Shown here in pieces: positions 28,651 through 36,880 of a stretch of DNA of 64,000 nucleotides; position 1 is the stretch's first letter; each line of letters opens with the position of its first letter. Position numbers and translations under genes: made by a program. This stretch comes from a virus, in IMG/VR virus record IMGVR_UViG_3300027996_000023, positions 6,910 to 70,909 of that record; one strand, written 5' to 3'. The notes under the pieces were generated by a model. It worked only from the letters and a program-made list of their open reading frames with translations, did no database searches and was not told the origin of the DNA.

Positions 28651-28709
28651 AGCTGTAAGAAAAAAGGTTCTGAGATTTTATCTTGTGGGTTCGACTCCCA
28701 CTACGGCTG
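28651..28709 (+). ncRNA. tRNA-like intergenic element, copy 3
   Basis: AGCTGTA/TACGGCT acceptor (U-G wobble), identical T-arm. Confidence 0.75.
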
Positions 28710-28744
28710 CTAAAAATATTCTACCACAATTTTAAATAACTATT

Positions 28745-28894
28745 ATGTATACAACCAGAATAATAATAGGCTTAATTCTTTGCCTATTATTGGATCGATC
28801 CAACAGAAAAGAGAATAGGTATAGCATAACACTTTGTATCCTAATTTATGGCAGTGTTACACTAATTTTATCACATTTATACACAACTATATAA
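28745..28894 (+). CDS. 49-aa hydrophobic peptide (not in ORF track)
   Basis: MYTTRIIIGLILCLLLDRSNRKENRYSITLCILIYGSVTLILSHLYTTI; ATG lies at the repeat-defined start position. Confidence 0.55.
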   Translation: MYTTRIIIGLILCLLLDRSNRKENRYSITLCILIYGSVTLILSHLYTTI

Positions 28895-28895
28895 A

Positions 28896-29114
28896 ATGAT
28901 ATTACCAGCAAAAAAGTTTGACGAAAGTCAAGAGGAAAATTGGCAAGAATATAAGGCCAAATGTAAAAAAAATAATTGCGAGCCTCAAAATAGAAATAAT
29001 TTTAATCAATTTATTTTGTGTGAAAAAAAGTACGGTTTTGTGCTTTGCGGCACATATTGGAAGTGGGCAAAGCGAAAAAAGGATTTAGAACCGTATAACC
29101 CTAATTTTCCCTAA
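28896..29114 (+). CDS. hypothetical protein
   Basis: 72 aa; stop abuts repeat 4. Confidence 0.65.
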   Translation: MILPAKKFDESQEENWQEYKAKCKKNNCEPQNRNNFNQFILCEKKYGFVLCGTYWKWAKRKKDLEPYNPNFP

Positions 29115-29119
29115 AGGTT

Positions 29120-29178
29120 AGCTGTAAGAAAAAAGGTTCTGAGATTCTTTCTTGTGGGTTCGACTCCCACTACAGCTA
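29120..29178 (+). ncRNA. tRNA-like intergenic element, copy 4
   Basis: Perfect AGCTGTA/TACAGCT acceptor and T-arm. Confidence 0.75.
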
Positions 29179-29218
29179 CTAAAAATATTTTTCTACCACA
29201 ATTTTAAATAAGCTAACT

Positions 29219-29578
29219 ATGAAAAAATTGCTATTAATTACTGTTCTAATAATTTGCTTTTTGGGGCTCAGCGAAAAAAGCTATAGCCAAAGTACAAAAA
29301 CATATTCTTTTACTCTTGCTTTGGGGCAAGCTTCTGAGTTAAATCAACTACCTCAAAATTTGACTGTAAAGAAAATAAAAGGGTCCAGAATTATAGTGGA
29401 AATTAAGGTTGTTTCTAAAAATGCAAGTTGCAAAGTTATAGATGCGCTGCAAAAGTCGTTTAGATACGCTATAGACCTAAACGACTTTTCTTTTCCAAAC
29501 ATGGAAAAAAGGGTTTTTATAAATGGAGTAGAAATTTTAGAGCAAATTTTTATAACCGTTTACTATCCTGTAAACTAA
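29219..29578 (+). CDS. exported hypothetical protein
   Basis: MKKLLLITVLIICFLGLSEKSYSQ signal peptide; between repeats 4 and 5. Confidence 0.7.
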   Translation: MKKLLLITVLIICFLGLSEKSYSQSTKTYSFTLALGQASELNQLPQNLTVKKIKGSRIIVEIKVVSKNASCKVIDALQKSFRYAIDLNDFSFPNMEKRVFINGVEILEQIFITVYYPVN

Positions 29579-29586
29579 AAAAGGTT

Positions 29587-29645
29587 AGCTGTAAGAAAAA
29601 AGGTTCTGAGATTTTATCTTGTGGGTTCGACTCCCACTACGGCTA
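29587..29645 (+). ncRNA. tRNA-like intergenic element, copy 5
   Basis: AGCTGTA/TACGGCT acceptor and T-arm. Confidence 0.75.
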
Positions 29646-29680
29646 CTAAAAATATTCTACCACAATTTTAAAAAACTATT

Positions 29681-29974
29681 ATGAAAAAGTTGAATGAGTT
29701 AAAAAATTATAGAAAGATAGATGCTAGATTCGTCCACCCTAACAACACCAGGGGCGCAAGAATATGTATAGAAGAAAAGAAAAGGTATAACGACTGTACT
29801 GTTAAGCGAAAATATTTTTCATGTGGTGATAAGCCACTACAAGAACAAGCTTTTGACATTCTTACTAAAAACGGGTTTAATGTTATCTGCTTAACGTCAA
29901 ACGCTGAAAGTTACGGGTTCTTATGTGATAATTGGGCAGAAAATTACATAGAAATTAGTGACATAAAAGCCTAA
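29681..29974 (+). CDS. hypothetical protein
   Basis: 97 aa between repeats 5 and 6. Confidence 0.7.
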   Translation: MKKLNELKNYRKIDARFVHPNNTRGARICIEEKKRYNDCTVKRKYFSCGDKPLQEQAFDILTKNGFNVICLTSNAESYGFLCDNWAENYIEISDIKA

Positions 29975-29981
29975 AAAGGTT

Positions 29982-30040
29982 AGCTGTAAGAAAAAAGGTT
30001 CTGAGATTTTATCTTGTGGGTTCGACTCCCACTACGGCTG
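29982..30040 (+). ncRNA. tRNA-like intergenic element, copy 6
   Basis: AGCTGTA/TACGGCT acceptor and T-arm. Confidence 0.75.
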
Positions 30041-30075
30041 CTAAAAATATTCTACCACAATTTTAAAAAACTATT

Positions 30076-30360
30076 ATGAAAAATATTAATCTATTGACTA
30101 TTCAATCTGCTATCGTTATTGATAGCAGCAAAAATACAAACAACACAACTATATTTACATACGTGTACGACCTATCTATAGGATTTAAAAACGGCATATC
30201 TTCTAGTGCTAGGATAGGTAAGTTTGTTCACGTAGGAAGCTATGACAGCCTACTACAGGAACAGAAGGAAAAATCCTTAGCCTACTTAGGGCTCAGTAAA
30301 AATAATGTAGCTACGATTAAATATAGCTACGATTTTAAAAACAAAAAATATTTTAAATAA
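30076..30360 (+). CDS. hypothetical protein
   Basis: 94 aa after repeat 6. Confidence 0.65.
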   Translation: MKNINLLTIQSAIVIDSSKNTNNTTIFTYVYDLSIGFKNGISSSARIGKFVHVGSYDSLLQEQKEKSLAYLGLSKNNVATIKYSYDFKNKKYFK

Positions 30361-30375
30361 TTAACTACACTAACT

Positions 30376-30900
30376 ATGAAAAAAATAACATTAGAGTTAA
30401 AGGAGTATAAATTTGTCCCTTTAAATAACAATTTAGCTTCTTTTATAGAAGAGCAAAGATTGAATGAAAAAAAGCGAGCCATAGCTTTAGAAAATAAAGA
30501 AACTATTAAGAACGGGCTTCTTATTCCAAGGGCTCAAGAATTAATGTCAGCTTTGAATGAGACATTTTTTGATATTGGGTTTGGGGTAGAATCAAGCGAT
30601 AGCGGAAGCTATATAAATATAGATTTAGGAATGCGTAAGAAATGGCCAAACTATCAAAAAGGCTGGACATTGATGCAAACTAGATTCCGCTTTGTAGTAG
30701 AGGTGGACTGCTACAAAAATAATGAGCTTGATATATGGGAATACGGAACTGAAATTTCGATAAAATATTGCGGAGAATCCGGTGATAGATCGTTGTCATT
30801 TCGCTTTGTAGAATTTAAGTCCATAGGAGAATTCATGGCAGAATCAGGAGAATATATAAAAGCATATATCCTTCAATACAATAAATATAATAGACGATAG
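30376..30900 (+). CDS. hypothetical protein
   Basis: 174 aa, TAACT-ATG leader. Confidence 0.7.
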   Translation: MKKITLELKEYKFVPLNNNLASFIEEQRLNEKKRAIALENKETIKNGLLIPRAQELMSALNETFFDIGFGVESSDSGSYINIDLGMRKKWPNYQKGWTLMQTRFRFVVEVDCYKNNELDIWEYGTEISIKYCGESGDRSLSFRFVEFKSIGEFMAESGEYIKAYILQYNKYNRR

Positions 30901-30950
30901 ATAGATAAAAACAGGTTTTTTAATTTAATTACAAATATTTTATTAAAAAA

Positions 30951-30982
30951 CTTGTTTTATAAATAAATTTAGACTACCTTTG
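30951..30982 (+). promoter_or_regulatory. Bacteroidota-type promoter upstream of radC
   Basis: CTTG-N20-TACCTTTG; shares a downstream AGGATGA(G/T)ACG and CTACCACATTT with the 26627 promoter. Confidence 0.7.
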
Positions 30983-31036
30983 ATTTTAAGAGGATGATAC
31001 GATAATTATTTCTACCACATTTAAAATACACTAACT

Positions 31037-31522
31037 ATGCAAACTTTATTTTCCACTCCCACAGCTACAGAAGTCGAAGTGAAAACAGTAAGAGAATATA
31101 TTCTTACTGTTAAGCACAATAATACAAACTTTGTGCAACCAGAAATAAAAAGCAGTCAAGATGCTGCAAATGCATGTAGAAATTTGTTTGGAGACGATTT
31201 GTATATATACGAATCATTCTACATTCTTTTACTATCTCAAATGAATAAAGTTACTGGATATGTAAAAATAAGTCATGGAGGCATGAGTGGGACTGTAGTA
31301 GACGTCAAATTAATAGCCAAATATGCTATCGAAAGTTTGAGTCCGGCAATAATTCTTTGTCACAATCATCCTTCTGGAAATTTAGAACCAAGCAGAGCAG
31401 ATAAAGCTATCACTATAAAAATAAAAAAAGCATTGAGCTTTTTAGATGTGGCAGTATTGGACCACATTATATTGGCTCAGGAGAATTATACCTCTATGGC
31501 AGATGAGTGCTTAATGGGGTAA
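31037..31522 (+). CDS. radC: RadC-like JAB/MPN domain protein
   Basis: IKSSQDAA, ESFYILLL, ISHGGMSGTVVDVK, IILCHNHPSGNLEPSRAD, VLDHII. Confidence 0.92.
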   Translation: MQTLFSTPTATEVEVKTVREYILTVKHNNTNFVQPEIKSSQDAANACRNLFGDDLYIYESFYILLLSQMNKVTGYVKISHGGMSGTVVDVKLIAKYAIESLSPAIILCHNHPSGNLEPSRADKAITIKIKKALSFLDVAVLDHIILAQENYTSMADECLMG

Positions 31523-31547
31523 TTATTAAAATTTTAAATAAACAGTT

Positions 31548-31754
31548 ATGGAATTTTACAAAGTAAAACAAGAAGCCGACCAAATTAGGATAGATCGACC
31601 AAAAAAAAGTTGGTTTCTTGTAGCCAATGAATTGATAACAGAAAAAGAGGCTATCTCAGAAGGAATAGTCGAACTTCTGGAGAAACACGCAAACAAAGTA
31701 AATATTAATAAATTTTCAACCCACTGGTTTTTTGGTTGTAGATGGGAAGATTAA
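31548..31754 (+). CDS. hypothetical protein
   Basis: 68 aa, ACAGTT-ATG leader. Confidence 0.65.
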   Translation: MEFYKVKQEADQIRIDRPKKSWFLVANELITEKEAISEGIVELLEKHANKVNINKFSTHWFFGCRWED

Positions 31755-31765
31755 AAACACTAACT

Positions 31766-31924
31766 ATGTCAGAAGAAGAAAAAAAAGAGTTGTTGACTCT
31801 AAAAAATCAACTTTTCAAGGGTGAATCCTTTGTAGTTTTCACCGATAAAGAAAAAGATAGCGTAGAATACATACGCTATACTGAATTACTTAAACAGTAT
31901 TTCTTAACACTTTCAACTAAATAA
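31766..31924 (+). CDS. hypothetical protein
   Basis: Start at TAACT-ATG 31766 (MSEEEKK). Confidence 0.55.
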   Translation: MSEEEKKELLTLKNQLFKGESFVVFTDKEKDSVEYIRYTELLKQYFLTLSTK

Positions 31925-31926
31925 GG

Positions 31927-32223
31927 ATGACTAACAAGGAATTAAATAGAGACATTAAGAGGCTAGGAAAAAAGTTTATTTTGTTACAGGCTAAGTTCAA
32001 TCAAGACATAGTGTCTGTGGAAGATAAGGTAACATCCAATGAGCTTTGGGATAATTGGACAAAAGAGCAAGAGGATATGAAAAAAGAGTTTTCAAGACTC
32101 TATGGGGCAGACAAAAGTTTGGCGGTTCTGAATGCTCATTCTCTTAGGGTTTTGATATTTTTAAATTTCAAAATGCAAATAGAACCAGGGCATAGGTTTG
32201 GTTCTTGGTTAGATCTAAGATAA
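31927..32223 (+). CDS. hypothetical protein
   Basis: 98 aa; stop abuts the divergent tRNA-like element. Confidence 0.65.
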   Translation: MTNKELNRDIKRLGKKFILLQAKFNQDIVSVEDKVTSNELWDNWTKEQEDMKKEFSRLYGADKSLAVLNAHSLRVLIFLNFKMQIEPGHRFGSWLDLR

Positions 32224-32274
32224 CAGCTAAGATACAGGTATCAAAAAAAAGGGGTTCGATTCCCCTTTTAGCTG
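32224..32274 (+). ncRNA. divergent tRNA-like intergenic element, copy 7
   Basis: CAGCTAA/TTAGCTG acceptor, GATAC-AG-GTATC arm, A-run, AGGGG-TTCGATT-CCCCT T-arm. Confidence 0.65.
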
Positions 32275-32302
32275 CAATTATTCACATTTAAAGTATAGTT
32301 CT

Positions 32303-32689
32303 ATGAAAACATTTAAACGGGCTAATTTGCCCCAAGAAATTAAGTACAACGGCAAATTGTATGTACTTAATGCTAAGATAACAACTGAGTCACAAGCCAA
32401 GGCTCAGAAGTGCATCTGCATAAAGGTTTTGTCAGATCGATTAAGAGGAAAAAAAGACCTTCATGGAAAATTCTATAAAAGTAGTGTTTTCTACTTTAGA
32501 GAAAAGAGAGAATATGTTGATGCTGGACATAGAGGCGCTAAGAGATACACAGAAAAAGAAGCTCTTGAAGTAATTAGGGGGATACTATCTAATGACGAGC
32601 CGTTAAGAAGAGGGAGAGACATTAAAAAAATAACGGATTGCGACTTGCTTGAATTAGGGGCAAATTTCTATTCAATTTACAAAGATTAA
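32303..32689 (+). CDS. hypothetical protein
   Basis: 128 aa. Confidence 0.65.
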   Translation: MKTFKRANLPQEIKYNGKLYVLNAKITTESQAKAQKCICIKVLSDRLRGKKDLHGKFYKSSVFYFREKREYVDAGHRGAKRYTEKEALEVIRGILSNDEPLRRGRDIKKITDCDLLELGANFYSIYKD

Positions 32690-32712
32690 TTCACATTTAA
32701 AAAATAGAAATA

Positions 32713-33129
32713 ATGAAAAAGATTGATCAAGACAATAGATTAATAGCAGAGTTTATGGGGAAATACAATGTCCATGATACAAACGGACATTGGGAGTGCA
32801 ATAACTGTGGCCACCAATGGTCAGCAATATTAGAAGATAATGAAGTTCCTATAATTCATTCAGATTGCAAACCAGACATAATTAATTTAGCAAAATACCA
32901 TATATCTTGGGATTGGTTAATGCCTGTAGTGGAGAAGATTGAAAGTTTAGGCTATAGTTATGATAGAATAAATGCCGATATTTTTATAAACACACAAAAG
33001 GGAGAAAATGTAATCCCTAATCCTATGGATGGAAACATAATGACAATGCTTCAAAAAACCTATAAAGCAGTAGTAGAATTTATTACATGGTATAATGAAA
33101 AAAACAGTTATGCTTCAACCAACAAATAG
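32713..33129 (+). CDS. conserved phage protein with zinc-ribbon-like insert
   Basis: NRLIAEFMG...YHISWDWLMPVVEKIE...YKAVVEFITWYN resembles a family common in Bacteroidota phages; CNNC insert. Confidence 0.65.
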   Translation: MKKIDQDNRLIAEFMGKYNVHDTNGHWECNNCGHQWSAILEDNEVPIIHSDCKPDIINLAKYHISWDWLMPVVEKIESLGYSYDRINADIFINTQKGENVIPNPMDGNIMTMLQKTYKAVVEFITWYNEKNSYASTNK

Positions 33130-33409
33130 AATTTTCAGGGACATTGAAAGCGATTACCCTTTTAGGCTGCACTATAACGTAGATAATGGAGAATACTCAC
33201 TTATCACGGATAAGCCTTTAAAATCGTCCGACCACGCAGAAGGCACAACCGTTAACGGCTGGTATCTTGCCGCTCATTCTGGTGTGCAAATAAAAATAAA
33301 CGGCAAAAAAGTTATCAAGCTGTTTGCTGGTTCTTTTTATAACTTAAAAGAAGGAGAAAAAGTTACCCACAAAAAATACACAGGCTTCAAAAGATTTTCA
33401 AAAGTTTAA
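33095..33409 (+). CDS. hypothetical protein
   Basis: 104 aa; true start may be the ATG at 33110 after ACAGTT. Confidence 0.6.
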   Translation: MKKTVMLQPTNRIFRDIESDYPFRLHYNVDNGEYSLITDKPLKSSDHAEGTTVNGWYLAAHSGVQIKINGKKVIKLFAGSFYNLKEGEKVTHKKYTGFKRFSKV

Positions 33410-33430
33410 TTCACATTAAAAAAAACAGTT

Positions 33431-33667
33431 ATGTCAGAAATTGAAAAAGCAAAAAAGATTTTAAAAGACGCTGGATATATCCAGCATTTTTGGACAAAGG
33501 AAGATATAGTTGGGCTCGCAAAAGATAGGGGCATAGAATTGTCTAACTCGCAAGTCGATCAAGTTGCTCAGTACTTAGGAAATATCGATGCTAATATAGG
33601 AATCAATTGGGATTCGATTGAATGCTATATAGACATGGTTTTAGAGCACGAAAATAATAATAAATAA
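33431..33667 (+). CDS. hypothetical protein
   Basis: 78 aa; WTKEDI...DANIGINWDSI. Confidence 0.7.
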   Translation: MSEIEKAKKILKDAGYIQHFWTKEDIVGLAKDRGIELSNSQVDQVAQYLGNIDANIGINWDSIECYIDMVLEHENNNK

Positions 33668-33683
33668 CACTAAAAAAAAAGTT

Positions 33684-34169
33684 ATGGGAATGTCAAGCTT
33701 TATGACTACGGATACAGGGAAAAGCATCCCTAATAAATACAATTCTAAGCCAGCAAGACCTGTTTGGCTTCTGAATAGCGAAGGAGAAAAATGGTTTTGC
33801 GGTTCCTATGATGGATACTGCACCTACGGAAGAGACATTTTTGTTGTCACTTACGAAATGAACACAGGAATAAAGATCGATGATAATTTACCAGAAGTTT
33901 GGGAAAATGCTAGGCAAATAGGGATAAATATGGTTTTTCACCCCTATGTATATACTTATCTGTTTAATGCCAGTCCAGAAGAAAATGAGAGCTTTGACTT
34001 TTATGATACTGAGTTGAGAGAAGAGGCTGAGAGAAAAGGGAAGATAATGTTTGAGGATGAGGAGAACTTTGAGATTAGGGTTATACATCCTAATCTGGTG
34101 GAAAATGAGGATGAGGAGTGGAAAGAGGTTCTCCTGGTTAGCTGCCCAAATCAAGGGCATTTTTATTAA
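33684..34169 (+). CDS. hypothetical protein
   Basis: 161 aa; MGMSSFMTTDT...YDGY...CPNQGHFY. Confidence 0.7.
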   Translation: MGMSSFMTTDTGKSIPNKYNSKPARPVWLLNSEGEKWFCGSYDGYCTYGRDIFVVTYEMNTGIKIDDNLPEVWENARQIGINMVFHPYVYTYLFNASPEENESFDFYDTELREEAERKGKIMFEDEENFEIRVIHPNLVENEDEEWKEVLLVSCPNQGHFY

Positions 34170-34188
34170 ACAATTAAAAGAAATCATT

Positions 34189-34623
34189 ATGAGAATTATA
34201 GAAACAAGAGTTTACACAATAGCAGAGCATCCAAATAAAGAAAAATGTTTTGAATGGATAAGAAACAATTGGCACGACTTGAACCAACATAGCGTAGATG
34301 AAATAATCTCCAGCATAGAGGCGTTAAGGGCCAAAATAGGAGGTTGTTTTGATTATTCAATAAGCCAAACTCCACAGAGGGGGGAACATATAACTTTTAA
34401 AGATTATGACCACGAAGCATTATGTAGGATTAGTGCTGATGATTGCCCATTAACTGGAGTTTGTTGGGATGTTGATTTGATTATTGGATTAAGAGAAGGT
34501 AACGCAAATAAAGTATTAAATTCTTTACATTCAGATACAGAATACCAATATTCAAATGAAGGGTTATTTGAATTGTGTGAAGCAAATGGATATGAATTTG
34601 AAGAAGATGGTGATTTAGTATAA
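34189..34623 (+). CDS. conserved acidic phage protein
   Basis: Start at 34189 (MRIIETRVYTI...YQYSNEGLFELCEANGYEFEEDG). Confidence 0.7.
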   Translation: MRIIETRVYTIAEHPNKEKCFEWIRNNWHDLNQHSVDEIISSIEALRAKIGGCFDYSISQTPQRGEHITFKDYDHEALCRISADDCPLTGVCWDVDLIIGLREGNANKVLNSLHSDTEYQYSNEGLFELCEANGYEFEEDGDLV

Positions 34624-34666
34624 CGCAGTGGAATATGATTTTTAAACTTTGTTAAAAAAACTAACT

Positions 34667-35041
34667 ATGGCAGCTATGCAAAAATATTTTGAGATTGACG
34701 AAATAAAAGAGTTGGTCGATCAAGGAAAAAAAGTTTTTTGGTCGAACATGACTAAAACAGTAACAAAAGAAGGGCAAAAATACATCATCAAATGCGGCAC
34801 CAAGACTATGGAGCTGGATGAATGTATAGCCCAGGAGTGCTTCATTCTTCCCTTTACTGTAAAAAGTAAGGATGAATATGAGAACTACTTGAATGAATTG
34901 GAGGTTAGCGAGGAAAATGAATACATTTTAGGGGGAGAACTGAGAAAAGAGCTTTGCCATAAAAGGCTCTGGGGAGAAGCTTGTAGAAAATTTAACCCTG
35001 TAGCATTTGAGGTTGGTTACCAAGAATGGTTGCATCAATAA
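34667..35041 (+). CDS. hypothetical protein
   Basis: ATG after CTAACT. Confidence 0.65.
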   Translation: MAAMQKYFEIDEIKELVDQGKKVFWSNMTKTVTKEGQKYIIKCGTKTMELDECIAQECFILPFTVKSKDEYENYLNELEVSEENEYILGGELRKELCHKRLWGEACRKFNPVAFEVGYQEWLHQ

Positions 35042-35146
35042 TTTAATCGGACTACAAAAATAAGCTTTGCTTATAAAACCACAGGTGCCAGTTCGTGGAA
35101 GTCTTGGTATCCTGTGGTATTTTACAACTCTTTAAAAACGTTAGTC

Positions 35147-35323
35147 ATGGATAAGGACAACAAAATTAACAACAAAATTAAGGGCATTGGTTCTGATGCT
35201 GAGAAGAAAGCAACAAAAAAAAAGGATAAAGAAGCACTTGATTTTCAACTAAAAAAAGCTTTAGAAGAAAACGAGAGGTTCAAAATTTACCTTTCTAAGA
35301 TAAACAATACAGATATTTTATAA
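35147..35323 (+). CDS. small basic hypothetical protein
   Basis: ATG 35147 (MDKDNK). Confidence 0.5.
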   Translation: MDKDNKINNKIKGIGSDAEKKATKKKDKEALDFQLKKALEENERFKIYLSKINNTDIL

Positions 35324-35377
35324 AAGTTCCTGTATTGTTATAAATTAGTTGTATCTTTAATAAAATTACAGACAGTT

Positions 35378-35644
35378 ATGAAATGGATATGGATATTGCT
35401 TTTGTGCTTGCCTGTTATGGGCATGGCTCAAAGGCCAGTACAATTGTCTTGTCAGATTAAGACAGGAAGATTAGTGCTGATAAAAGGAGACATAAGAAGG
35501 ACTTATGTCTGGGTTAAAATTGGAAAAAATATTAAGTATTACGGGATTGGTCAGATCGCTGTGATTGACCTGCCAAAAAAAATAGAGAATGAGAAAATTA
35601 AGCAGAATAAAAGCGATAGAGTGGTTAGGCTTGCCAGAAAATAG
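35378..35644 (+). CDS. exported hypothetical protein
   Basis: MKWIWILLLCLPVMGMAQ signal peptide; promoter-like TATCTTTA just upstream. Confidence 0.6.
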   Translation: MKWIWILLLCLPVMGMAQRPVQLSCQIKTGRLVLIKGDIRRTYVWVKIGKNIKYYGIGQIAVIDLPKKIENEKIKQNKSDRVVRLARK

Positions 35645-36047
35645 GGGCGTATCCTCTATAATGGCTGAGTGCGATATTGAAAAAAATAAGCTTATCTTTA
35701 AGAGTGCGATAGGCAAAATAATTTCTGTTCCATTCTCTGCTAATACTTCTGAGGATTTCTTTCTCCAGGTATTGTCGCATATTATGGTAACAAAATTTAA
35801 TTACTTTATAAAAAAAGTAAATGCAGATCAGTTTAATTGTCTGCGGTTTTTTAATCCCTACAAAGGTTCGCATGGATGCTTGCAAGATAAGTGGGGGCAC
35901 AAGTGCCAGATGCATATTAGGCCACGAAATTTTGAGGATTTGCTTGTGTTGATGCATAGAATAGGGTTCGATGTTAAGTTGATTTTTGATGGCCAAGAAT
36001 ATGAAAAAGATATCTTTCATAAAGTTTGGTCAATAACAGCTCTATGA
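35589..36047 (+). CDS. hypothetical protein
   Basis: 152 aa. Confidence 0.6.
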   Translation: MRKLSRIKAIEWLGLPENRGVSSIMAECDIEKNKLIFKSAIGKIISVPFSANTSEDFFLQVLSHIMVTKFNYFIKKVNADQFNCLRFFNPYKGSHGCLQDKWGHKCQMHIRPRNFEDLLVLMHRIGFDVKLIFDGQEYEKDIFHKVWSITAL

Positions 36048-36871
36048 TGGATATTTCAGATTTAAAAATAAGGATATTAATATCTTTTAGTGGTGGAGAG
36101 AGCTCTGCCTTTATGCTTATTCAGCTATGGAATAGGTATAAAAACAGGCTTGATGTGGAAATATTAGTATGCTTTGCTAATACTGGGGATGAAGAAGAAG
36201 AAACCTTGATTTTTGTAGAAAAAGTCTCCAAGGTTTATTCAATTCCCGTTACATGGTTAGAGGCTTATGTTTCTCCTGTAATGGGTTTAGGGGTAATGCC
36301 TGTAATTGTAGACTTCGACATTGCATCAAGGGATGGTGCTCCCCTGTTAGATCAATCTGAAAAAGTAGGGGCTTGTGGAATATCCACTCCCCACTGTACT
36401 AGGGATTTAAAAATAAGATGCATACAAAAATATGCTAAGGCTTATTTTGAAAAACAACCCTTTTATACTGCTATGGGGATGCGATTTGACGAGCAAATAA
36501 GGATCGACTGGGATAGGGCTAATCGAGAAAGGTTTATATATCCTCTTGTAAATACCTTTAGGGTGTACAAAGCAGATGTTAGAACCTACTGGAGAAAGCA
36601 TAAAGAAAAATATGGATGGAGGCTTAATTTGCAGCCACATCAAGGAAATTGTGTGTTGTGCCATAAAAAAGAAGAGCGGAAGCTTGTAAGGCTTATTCGA
36701 GAAAAGCCTTGTAGGGCTATATTTAGAATGACCCTTACTCTTGTGTCAGCTACAGATGAATATGATATGTATAGAGGGCACTGTGACATTTGGGATTTAT
36801 TAGAAAAAGCGAAGTCGGATACTCCGGAGGATTTATTCTCATCTTTTGGTGGCTCTTGTTTTTGCGGTTAA
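36044..36871 (+). CDS. PAPS reductase-like (PP-loop) protein 1
   Basis: ISFSGGESS, FANTGDEEEETLIFV, CTRDLK, GMRFDE, YPL, GNCVLC; C-terminal CFCG. Confidence 0.8.
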   Translation: MMDISDLKIRILISFSGGESSAFMLIQLWNRYKNRLDVEILVCFANTGDEEEETLIFVEKVSKVYSIPVTWLEAYVSPVMGLGVMPVIVDFDIASRDGAPLLDQSEKVGACGISTPHCTRDLKIRCIQKYAKAYFEKQPFYTAMGMRFDEQIRIDWDRANRERFIYPLVNTFRVYKADVRTYWRKHKEKYGWRLNLQPHQGNCVLCHKKEERKLVRLIREKPCRAIFRMTLTLVSATDEYDMYRGHCDIWDLLEKAKSDTPEDLFSSFGGSCFCG

Positions 36872-36880
36872 ATAAAAAAA

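Noticed and set aside
27051-30078. CRISPR array or bona fide tRNA genes
   Set aside because: Repeats are ~105 bp and the intervals are 0.3-1.1 kb coding genes; the cores lack a 7-nt anticodon loop and an encoded CCA, so they cannot decode
27051-30078. Integron attC sites or simple terminators
   Set aside because: No RYYYAAC...GTTRRRY box arrangement, no integron integrase in the window, and no U-tract after the stem on the coding strand
35078-35118. Possible eighth tRNA-like element (CCACAGG...GTTCG...CCTGTGG)
   Set aside because: Forms a hairpin but has no 5-bp stem/7-nt T-loop geometry
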